From: Thermoplasmata archaeon
Lineage (GTDB): Archaea > Thermoplasmatota > Thermoplasmata > Lutacidiplasmatales > UBA184
Reading direction: 5' to 3'
Assembly (NCBI GenBank): GCA_028864975.1
Contig: JAGWLG010000026.1
Location: forward strand, 1 to 51,956
DNA length: 51,956 nt
In this document: positions 36,608 through 44,176 of the stretch, in pieces
How positions within the stretch are numbered: the stretch's first letter is position 1
How the letters are laid out: every line of letters starts with the position of its first letter
Translations under genes and position numbers: made by a program
The notes under the pieces: model-generated
What the model saw: the letters and a program-made list of their open reading frames with translations, nothing else
The model's database searches: none
What the model was told of the DNA's origin: nothing

Positions 36608-37441
36608 ATGGGGACCTCCCGACGCCTCCCGATCGTCCTGCTCTCGGGACCGGATTCCTTGACCGACCTCGAGGGGCGACTCCGCTCCGTCGGGGCGTCC
36701 GTCCAACGGGTGGTGATGGTCCGACAGGTAGGAAGGCCCGATGCGGCGGCCCCTCCTGCCCCGAGACCGGGGAAGCGTCGCAACCTCCTGCTCGTGACGA
36801 GCTCGGCGGCGGTCGATCACTTCCTCGCCCGCTGGCCCACGGTCCTGGCGACGTGGGGCCACCGGGGCGAGATCTGGGCCGTGGGCCCCCGTACCGCGGG
36901 CCATCTGAGGGCCCTCGGCATTCGGTCCGTGAACATTCCACCTTCCCCGACCAGCGCCGCCATGCTCCGGTCGATGGGCAGCCTGAGCGGTAGCTACGTG
37001 CTTCACCCCCGGTCCGATGTGGCGGGGCCCGGGCTCGCACGGGAACTTCGACGCAGAGGGGCCCGGGTCACGGACCGGATCGTCTACACCACCCGGGCCC
37101 GAACGCCATCGGGATCCGAGCTCGTCCACATCCAAGGGGCCGCCTGGCTCTTGGCCTCGAGCCCCTCGGTGCTCTCCGCGTTGCGGCGGGGCGCGGGGGC
37201 GCGACGCTTCCGAGAGATCCGCGCGACCGCCCGTCTCCTCGTGCTGGGGCCCACGACCGCCTCGGCCGCCCGGCGGCTCGGGTTCCGACAGGTCCGGCTC
37301 GTCCCGTTGTCCTCGTCGAAAGCCTTACCAAGATTCCTTGCCGCCCCTCCCCCCGATGGTGCGTCGCGCAAGAAAGGGCGGGTCCCGCCCCGACGGACCC
37401 GGGGCCGCCCCCATCGCGCGCCCTCGACGATGGCGACGTAG
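36608..37441 (+). CDS. hemD: Uroporphyrinogen-III synthase
   Basis: VTSSAAV, WAVGPRTA, HPRSDVAGPGL, VYTT, LASSPS and VLGPTTA motifs; position in the hem operon. Confidence 0.82.
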   Translation: MGTSRRLPIVLLSGPDSLTDLEGRLRSVGASVQRVVMVRQVGRPDAAAPPAPRPGKRRNLLLVTSSAAVDHFLARWPTVLATWGHRGEIWAVGPRTAGHLRALGIRSVNIPPSPTSAAMLRSMGSLSGSYVLHPRSDVAGPGLARELRRRGARVTDRIVYTTRARTPSGSELVHIQGAAWLLASSPSVLSALRRGAGARRFREIRATARLLVLGPTTASAARRLGFRQVRLVPLSSSKALPRFLAAPPPDGASRKKGRVPPRRTRGRPHRAPSTMAT

Positions 37442-38381
37442 CTCAGCGCTGCGGGAGGTCATCGCAGAACAGGATACGGAGCTCCGTCGCCTGGTCTATC
37501 CCCTGTTCGTCAGCGCCGGAGGAGCCCTCCGGGGTCCCGAGGGCCTGCCCGCGCTCGCCCGCCGGAACGTGGAGGGGACGGTGCGCGAGGCCGAGGACGC
37601 CTTCCGTCGGGGGGTGCGCTCGGTGCTCCTCTTCGGGATCCCCGCGCGCAAGGACGCTCAGGGGACCTCCGCGTTCGACCCCAAAGGCCCGGTCCCTTCG
37701 GCGATCCGCGCGCTCAAGACCCGACTTCCGGACCTGGTCGTGATGGCCGATGTGTGCCTCTGCGAGTACACGAGCCATGGCCACTGTGGCGTGCTCTCCG
37801 ACGGCGCGGTCGACAACGACCGGACCCTGCCGCTGCTCGGCCAGGCCGCGGTGGCCTACGCGGGGGCGGGCGCCGACGTGGTCGCTCCCAGCTCCATGAT
37901 GGACCACCAGGTCGCGGCGCTGCGCCGCGCCCTGCACGACGCGGGGCAAGAGGACACCTTGGTCCTGGCCTACGCGGCCAAGTTCGCGTCCTCGCTCTAC
38001 GCGCCCTTCCGGGAGGCTGCCGGGTCCGCCCCCTCCTTCGGGGACCGTCGGAGCTACCAGATGGACCCCCGGAACTCCCGGGAGGCCCTCCGGGAGCTCC
38101 GCCTGGATGCGGAGGAGGGCGCTGACGCCCTCATGGTCAAGCCCGCCCTCCCGTGCCTCGACCTCCTCGCCAGGGCCCGGGAAGAGCACGACCTCCCGCT
38201 GGCCGCCTACCAGGTGAGCGGGGAGTACGCGATGATCAAGGCCACCGCGTCCCAAGGGTGGTGCGACGAGGGTGCGGCGGTCCACGAGTCCTTGACGGCC
38301 ATCCGCCGGGCCGGGGCCGACCTCATCGTGACCTACTTCGCGGGAGACCTTGCACGCAGGGTGGGCAGGGGGGTGCGATGA
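37356..38381 (+). CDS. hemB: Porphobilinogen synthase (Zn-type)
   Basis: RPRRWR, ADVCLCEYTSHGHCG, APSSMMD, YAAKFASSLYAPFR, LMVKPA and AYQVSGEYAMI motifs; overlaps hemD by 86 nt. Confidence 0.97.
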   Translation: MVRRARKGGSRPDGPGAAPIARPRRWRRSSALREVIAEQDTELRRLVYPLFVSAGGALRGPEGLPALARRNVEGTVREAEDAFRRGVRSVLLFGIPARKDAQGTSAFDPKGPVPSAIRALKTRLPDLVVMADVCLCEYTSHGHCGVLSDGAVDNDRTLPLLGQAAVAYAGAGADVVAPSSMMDHQVAALRRALHDAGQEDTLVLAYAAKFASSLYAPFREAAGSAPSFGDRRSYQMDPRNSREALRELRLDAEEGADALMVKPALPCLDLLARAREEHDLPLAAYQVSGEYAMIKATASQGWCDEGAAVHESLTAIRRAGADLIVTYFAGDLARRVGRGVR

Positions 38382-39118
38382 CCTCCGTGGATGCCGAGGG
38401 CGCGTCGCGGGCCGCCGCGGGGGAGACCGAGGTCCGGGACTTCGTCCGATACACGTTCCTTCGCATGGGCCCGGCCTGGAGGCAGCGGTCCCGGCAGGAG
38501 CGGCTCGCGGGCATCGACGAGCTGCAAGAGGTCTTGCAAGCGCCCCCGGCGGGTCTCATGCTACGCACCTTCTCCCTCGTGGGCACGAAGGCGGGCGTCG
38601 ACGCCATGCTCTGGACGGTGAGCCCTCGCCTCGAGTCCCTCCAAGAGCTCGAGGCGCGCATCGGTGGGACGCGCATGGGCGCGGTCCTCGACGTCCCGTT
38701 CGCCTACCTGGGCATGGGCCGTCGCTCGGAGTACCTGGGAGGCCACGACCACGGGGGCCAGGAGGGAGGACGGGTGTCGATGGGCACGAAGCCGTACCTC
38801 TTCGTGTATCCGTTCGTGAAGAAGCGCGCGTGGTACGGACTGCCGTTCAAGGAACGGCAGCGCATCATGGGCGAGCATTTCCGCATCGGACACCAGTTCC
38901 CGGAGGTGGAGATCCATACCGGATACTCCTTCGGCCTCGACGACCCCGAGTTCATCCTCTCCTTCGGGGCCGACGACCCGGCCACGTTCCTCGACCTCGT
39001 CCAGGCCCTTCGCCCCTCGGAAGCGAGCCGCTACACGGAGATCGAGACCCCGATCTTCACGTGCGTGGCCTGTCCGCCCCGGCGCATGCTCGAGCTTGGG
39101 AGCGGCATCGTGCCGTGA
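38378..39118 (+). CDS. hemQ: Coproheme decarboxylase / chlorite dismutase family protein
   Basis: VYPFVKKRAWY, IMGEHFRIG, YSFGLDDPEF and EASRYT motifs; ATGA-coupled to hemB. Confidence 0.9.
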   Translation: MTSVDAEGASRAAAGETEVRDFVRYTFLRMGPAWRQRSRQERLAGIDELQEVLQAPPAGLMLRTFSLVGTKAGVDAMLWTVSPRLESLQELEARIGGTRMGAVLDVPFAYLGMGRRSEYLGGHDHGGQEGGRVSMGTKPYLFVYPFVKKRAWYGLPFKERQRIMGEHFRIGHQFPEVEIHTGYSFGLDDPEFILSFGADDPATFLDLVQALRPSEASRYTEIETPIFTCVACPPRRMLELGSGIVP

Positions 39119-39122
39119 GACG

Positions 39123-40433
39123 ATGACGCCCGCCTCCCGCCCCCGGTCCGCTCGGGCGTTCCAACGTGCCCAGCGATCGCTCGTGGGAGGGGTGGATTCC
39201 CCCGTCCGTTCGTTCCGGGGCGTGGGCGGCTCCCCCCTCTTCTTCACGAGGGGGAAGGGCGCCTACCTCTGGGACCTGGATGGTCATCGCTACCTGGACA
39301 TGGTCGGCTCCTGGGGCGCGAACATCCTGGGGAACGCGCCTCCCCCCGTGGTCCGTGCGGTCCGCGAGGCGGCGCTTGAGGGCCTGACCTTCGGCGCCCC
39401 CTCCCCGCGCGAGCACGAGCTCGCCGAGAGGGTCCGCCGGGCGATCCCTTCCATGGAGCTCCTTCGCTTCGTGAGCTCGGGAACGGAGGCGGTGATGTCC
39501 GCCATCCGCGTGGCGCGAGGGTACACCGGGCGGGACAAGGTGGTCAAGTTCGCGGGAGGTTACCACGGTCACTCGGACGGCCTCCTCGTCCGTGCGGGCT
39601 CGGGAGCCGCCGCCGGTGGCCGAGCGGACTCGGCCGGGGTCCCCCAGAGCGTCGCGAGAGAGACCCTGGTCCTCCCCTACAACGACCCCGATGCGCTTCG
39701 GAGCGCCTTCGAGCGGTGGGGTGAGGAGATCGCCGCGGTCGTCGTCGAGCCCGTGGCCGGGAACATGGGGCTCGTCCTGCCCCGGTCGGGGTTCCTGGCA
39801 TCGATCCAACGTGCGTGTCGCGCCGCGGGGGCCCTCTGGATCGCCGACGAGGTGATCACGGGGTTCCGGTTGCGGAAGGGGGCGATCCATACGATCGACG
39901 GGCTCCGGGCGGACCTCGTGACGCTCGGGAAGGTGGTCGGCGGAGGCCTTCCCGTGGGGGCCTACGGAGGAAGGCAGGAGATCATGGAGCAAGTGTCTCC
40001 CCTCGGTCCCGTGTACCAGGCCGGGACGCTCTCCGGCAATCCGCTGACGATGGCGGCGGGCTCGGCCATGCTCGACGCGCTCGGACCTGAGGTGTACGGT
40101 CGGCTCGAGCAGCGCGGACGCGGGATCGAACGGGCGTTGCTGGGAGCCGCGGCTCGAGAAGGCGTGGAGGACCTCCACGTCGCCAGGGCGGGGTCCATGA
40201 TCGGCCTGCACTTCGGGCCCAGACCTCCCCATGACCTCCCTAGCGCCTTGGAGATCGACCGGAAGAGGTACGGCAAGTTCTTCTGGGGGGCCTTGGGCGC
40301 GGGAGCTTTCCTTCCCCCGGCCGTCCTGGAGACCACGTTCGTCTCGGCCGCCGTCTCGCTGAGGGATGTCGCGTTCGCGGAGCGCGCCTTCCAACGCGGG
40401 ATGCGGGCGGTCGTGGCGGGAAGGGCAGGGTGA
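39123..40433 (+). CDS. hemL: Glutamate-1-semialdehyde 2,1-aminomutase
   Basis: GGVDSPVR, FVSSGTEA, GGYHGHSD, DEVITGFR, TLGKVVGGGLP and YQAGTLSGNP motifs. Confidence 0.97.
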   Translation: MTPASRPRSARAFQRAQRSLVGGVDSPVRSFRGVGGSPLFFTRGKGAYLWDLDGHRYLDMVGSWGANILGNAPPPVVRAVREAALEGLTFGAPSPREHELAERVRRAIPSMELLRFVSSGTEAVMSAIRVARGYTGRDKVVKFAGGYHGHSDGLLVRAGSGAAAGGRADSAGVPQSVARETLVLPYNDPDALRSAFERWGEEIAAVVVEPVAGNMGLVLPRSGFLASIQRACRAAGALWIADEVITGFRLRKGAIHTIDGLRADLVTLGKVVGGGLPVGAYGGRQEIMEQVSPLGPVYQAGTLSGNPLTMAAGSAMLDALGPEVYGRLEQRGRGIERALLGAAAREGVEDLHVARAGSMIGLHFGPRPPHDLPSALEIDRKRYGKFFWGALGAGAFLPPAVLETTFVSAAVSLRDVAFAERAFQRGMRAVVAGRAG

Positions 40434-41509
40434 CGTCCCTCCTCGTCCGCGCTCTCTCAGGAGAGGCGGTCGAGCGTGTCCCCATCTGGCTCATGCGACA
40501 GGCCGGTCGACACCTCCCGGGCTACCGACGGATCCGGGAGTCCCACGACCTCCTCGACATCGTGCGCAGCCCGGATCTCGCGGTCGAGGCCACGCGGGAG
40601 CCGGTCGAGCGCTACGGGATGGACGCGGCCATCGTCTTCTCGGACCTCACGGTCCCTTTCTTCGGGCTCGGGGTACGGTTCTCGGTCGAACCCAGCATCG
40701 GACCTGTCGTGGAGAGGCCGGTCCGCACGAAGGAGGACGTGGAAGCCCTGCACCGTATCGAAGCGGCCCGGTACGCCCCCTTTGTGGGGACCACGATCCA
40801 GAAGTTCCGAGAGCAGCGGCCCGACACCCCTATCCTGGGGTTCGCCGGTGCGCCGTTCACCCTCGGAAGCTACCTGATCGAGGGCCGGCCCTCTCGGGAC
40901 CTGCTCGAAACGAAGCGGATGCTCCGGACCGACCCGAGCGCCTTCGCACTACTGCAACGAGAGCTTGCAGAGGCCGCGCTCGACCTCCTGAGCTTCCAGG
41001 TCCGGGCGGGCGCTCATGCGGTCCAGGTCTTCGACACGTGGGCGGGGATGCTGTCCCGCCAGGAGTTCGACCGGGCCGTCCTTCCTCACCTGAGGAACCT
41101 CTTCGAGGGACTGAACCAGCTTGGCGTCCCTACCGTCTACTTCAGTACCGGGGCCTCGCACCTGCTGCCCTGCATCCGAGAGCTCCGGAGCTCCGCGGTG
41201 GGGGTCGACTGGCGCCTGCCCCTGTCCGCGGTCCGCCGGGAACTGGGGGACGGCATCGCGCTGCAGGGGAATCTGGACCCGAGCGTGCTCCTCGCCCGTC
41301 CTGAAGAGGTCCTCCGCGGGGCCCGGGAGGTCCTGGACGAGATCCCCGGTGGACGGGGGCACGTGTTCAACCTCGGGCACGGGGTCCTTCCTCAAACCCC
41401 CCCTGAGAACGTGGAAGCCTTGGTGCGGTTCGTACGACGCTACTCCGAGGAGCGACGAGGTTCCACGGACCCGGAGGCCGTTCCAACTTCCCCGCACGTG
41501 CCAACGTGA
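40430..41509 (+). CDS. hemE: Uroporphyrinogen decarboxylase
   Basis: PIWLMRQAGR, DAAIVFSD, GFAGAPFTLGSY, QVFDTWAG, LQGNLDP and FNLGHG motifs. Confidence 0.96.
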   Translation: MTSLLVRALSGEAVERVPIWLMRQAGRHLPGYRRIRESHDLLDIVRSPDLAVEATREPVERYGMDAAIVFSDLTVPFFGLGVRFSVEPSIGPVVERPVRTKEDVEALHRIEAARYAPFVGTTIQKFREQRPDTPILGFAGAPFTLGSYLIEGRPSRDLLETKRMLRTDPSAFALLQRELAEAALDLLSFQVRAGAHAVQVFDTWAGMLSRQEFDRAVLPHLRNLFEGLNQLGVPTVYFSTGASHLLPCIRELRSSAVGVDWRLPLSAVRRELGDGIALQGNLDPSVLLARPEEVLRGAREVLDEIPGGRGHVFNLGHGVLPQTPPENVEALVRFVRRYSEERRGSTDPEAVPTSPHVPT

Positions 41510-42714
41510 GCAAGGGACCTGAGCCTTGGACCCCGAGCCGAACCCGTTCGGGGATGCCGTCATGCCCGCGTCGGATCGTGACACCCAAGGTGGCGTCCCT
41601 GAGCTCCTCTGACCGTCCCCATCTCGTCTTCTGGGAGACGACGCGCGCTTGCGGGCTCTCCTGTGTTCACTGTCGAGCGTCCGCGATGCCCTCCCCCCAG
41701 CCCGGCGAGCTATCTCCGTCGCAAGGGCTCGAGGTCATCGACGCGGTCGCGTCGTTCGGAGCTCCGGTCCCCGTCCTCGTCTTCACCGGGGGGGACCCTC
41801 TTCGGCGCCCCGACCTCTTCGAACTCCTCGCCCACGCCCGCGAAAGGTCGGTGCCCTTTGCGGTGGCGCCCGCGGTCACCGACCTCTTGGATGCCCGGGC
41901 GCTCGAGCGTCTGTCCACCTCGGGCGCCTCCTCCATCTCGCTCAGCCTGGATGGGGCGCTCTCCGCGACCCACGACGGGATCCGGGGGGCGGAGGGGAGC
42001 TTCGACCGCACCATGGGGGCGGTCCGAGAGCTCGCCGCTCGCGGGGCCCGCGTCCAGGTGAACTCCGTGGTGATGCCGAGGAACCTGACCGAGCTTCCCA
42101 AACTCTTCCAGCTCGTGCGCGGGTCGGGGGCCTCGGTCTGGGAGGTCTTCTTCCTCGTGCGGACCGGGCGAGGGGCCGTGGTCGAGGACCTTCCCCCGGA
42201 CACGTGGGAGGAGGCCGCCCACTTCCTCCTCGAGGCCTCCCGCTACGGGACCACGGTGCGGGCGATCGAGGCTCCGATCGTTCGCCGCTTGCTGCTCACC
42301 CGCGACCGGGACCCGGTCTCTTCCTCGCCCGAGAAGCGCGCTCTGGTCCGACAGCTCCACGAGCTGCTCGGTCCTCCTCCGGGCGAGGTCGCCCTCCGCC
42401 CTTCCGGGACCCTCGACGGGGACGGGACCTTGTTCGTCGCCCACGACGGCAGCCTCCAGCCAGGAGGGCTTCTTCCCCACTCGCTCGGGCGGCTCCCCGG
42501 CGACGATATGGTCAAGGTCTACCGCCACCACCCCCTGCTACGGGCCATCCGCGAACGGCGGCTCCATGGGCCGTGCGGATACTGTTCCTACCGCACGGTC
42601 TGCGGCGGCAGCCGCGCCCGAGCCTTTACCGCGACCGAGGACCCGTTGGGGACCGACCCCGCGTGCCTGTACGGCTCGACCGCCCTCCCTCCGCTCAGCT
42701 CATGGTCTGCATGA
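41506..42714 (+). CDS. Radical SAM protein of the NirJ/AhbC/AhbD-related group
   Basis: WETTRACGLSCVHCRA (CxxxCxxC), FTGGDPL, SLDGA; C-terminal CGYCSYRTVCGGS..DPAC; GTGA-coupled to hemE. Confidence 0.88.
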   Translation: MSKGPEPWTPSRTRSGMPSCPRRIVTPKVASLSSSDRPHLVFWETTRACGLSCVHCRASAMPSPQPGELSPSQGLEVIDAVASFGAPVPVLVFTGGDPLRRPDLFELLAHARERSVPFAVAPAVTDLLDARALERLSTSGASSISLSLDGALSATHDGIRGAEGSFDRTMGAVRELAARGARVQVNSVVMPRNLTELPKLFQLVRGSGASVWEVFFLVRTGRGAVVEDLPPDTWEEAAHFLLEASRYGTTVRAIEAPIVRRLLLTRDRDPVSSSPEKRALVRQLHELLGPPPGEVALRPSGTLDGDGTLFVAHDGSLQPGGLLPHSLGRLPGDDMVKVYRHHPLLRAIRERRLHGPCGYCSYRTVCGGSRARAFTATEDPLGTDPACLYGSTALPPLSSWSA

Positions 42715-43171
42715 GCGCGACGACCACCAGGATGGCCACCATCAGCGCGAGGTTCAGGTAGGAGATCGGACGACTTCGCTTGCGCACGGCCTGGAGGCCC
42801 TGAACGTCGCCCGCCTTGGCAAGGCGGGAGATCTTCCGCCCATAGTACAGACCGTGGGCGTAGATCCCTAGGACCAACACCCCCACCAAGGCGACCTTGA
42901 TCTCGAGGAGCTCTCGGGCGAGCGGGCTCGCGCCCGCAAGGTACCACGAGGCGTTGTAGAGGCCGGTCACCACCAGGAGCAGCAGGGTCGCGTTGCTCCA
43001 CTTGGCAAACCCCCGTGCGATCTTTCCCACGAGCACCGTGCGGGCGGCCTCGTCGGGGGCGAGCTGCCGGGAGAGCGGCATGACCACGAGCCAGAGGAAG
43101 AACGAGCCGCCGATGAACAGCACCGCGCTCAAGAGATGGACGAAGAGAATGACGGTGTCGAGCAGTTCCAC
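42695..43171 (-). CDS. Four-TM CopD/HemJ-like membrane protein
   Basis: VHLLSAVLFIGG in TM1, TG in TM2, EIKVALV..AH in TM3; starts 10 bp after the hemH stop on the same strand. Confidence 0.75.
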   Translation of the reverse strand: MELLDTVILFVHLLSAVLFIGGSFFLWLVVMPLSRQLAPDEAARTVLVGKIARGFAKWSNATLLLLVVTGLYNASWYLAGASPLARELLEIKVALVGVLVLGIYAHGLYYGRKISRLAKAGDVQGLQAVRKRSRPISYLNLALMVAILVVVALMQTMS

Positions 43172-43180
43172 GGTTCCTCC

Positions 43181-44122
43181 CTACCCGCCTCGGGATGCCA
43201 GGTGCGGTCGCACGGCTTCGCTCAAAGCTCGCACGAGCAGCGGGTCATCGTTCAGCGACGTGGTCCGTGCCAGGTGCACGCCTTCGCTCTGAGCGAGCTC
43301 CGTGAACTCGCGGTCCACATCGTAGAGGATCTCGAGGTTGTCCGAGATGAACCCGAACGGGACGACGAGGACGCCCTTCTCCTTCTGGGCCGCCAACGCC
43401 GAGATCGACTCTTCCACCGAGGGACCGAGCCAGGGATCGGGGGTGCGCCCTGCGCTCTGGAAGGCGAGCGAGCTGCGGAGCGGGGCTAGCCGGGCCTTCA
43501 CCAGCTCCATCGTCTCGCGAAGCTGGGTCTCGTACGGGTCGCCCTCCGAGCGCACCCGCGCGGGGAGACTGTGCGCGGTAAAGAGGACGTACGGGTCGGT
43601 CGTCCCCTCCCTTCGCATCCGTTCCAAGCCCTCCCGCACCCTGGCCGCGAACGCTTCCGAAAGGGCGGGCGACGTGTTCCAGCTCTCTACCCGCTCGATC
43701 GCGAGAGGGGAGGCGAGCGTCGCGTTCGCTCGCTCCAACGCCTCGAAGTACGCCCCAACGGTCATCCTCGACCGGTACGGGGTGAGGCAGACGCCGACCA
43801 GGTTACCGGTCCCTTCGCTCGACACCCTTTCCAAGGCCTCCCGCAGCGTAGGGCGCCAGTGCCGCATTCCCACGAAGACCCGGACCGAAGGTCCAGAGCG
43901 GGAGAGCGCCTGTTCGAGACCTCGCGCCTGGGCTTCCGAGATTTCCCGCAAGGGGGACCGCCCGCCGATCGCCCGGTAACGCTCTTGGAACTCCCGGACG
44001 AGCTCGGGGGAGGTGGGGCGACCCCCTCGGACCTCCCGAAGGTAGGGCTCCACCTCGTCCAGCGACGTCGGCCCTCCCAACGCCATCAAGAGGACGGCGG
44101 TGTCCGCTTTGGAGGTCGACAT
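43181..44122 (-). CDS. hemH: Ferrochelatase (probably coproporphyrin ferrochelatase CpfC)
   Basis: LMALGGP, RYRAIGGRSPL, GMRHWRP, FTAHSLP, FQSAG..WLGP and FISDNLEILYDVD motifs. Confidence 0.95.
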   Translation of the reverse strand: MSTSKADTAVLLMALGGPTSLDEVEPYLREVRGGRPTSPELVREFQERYRAIGGRSPLREISEAQARGLEQALSRSGPSVRVFVGMRHWRPTLREALERVSSEGTGNLVGVCLTPYRSRMTVGAYFEALERANATLASPLAIERVESWNTSPALSEAFAARVREGLERMRREGTTDPYVLFTAHSLPARVRSEGDPYETQLRETMELVKARLAPLRSSLAFQSAGRTPDPWLGPSVEESISALAAQKEKGVLVVPFGFISDNLEILYDVDREFTELAQSEGVHLARTTSLNDDPLLVRALSEAVRPHLASRGG

Positions 44123-44176
44123 TGGCAGAAGGGCCGAGGGCCCTCCGCTCTTGAGCTCGACGCGGAGGAAGCCCGT

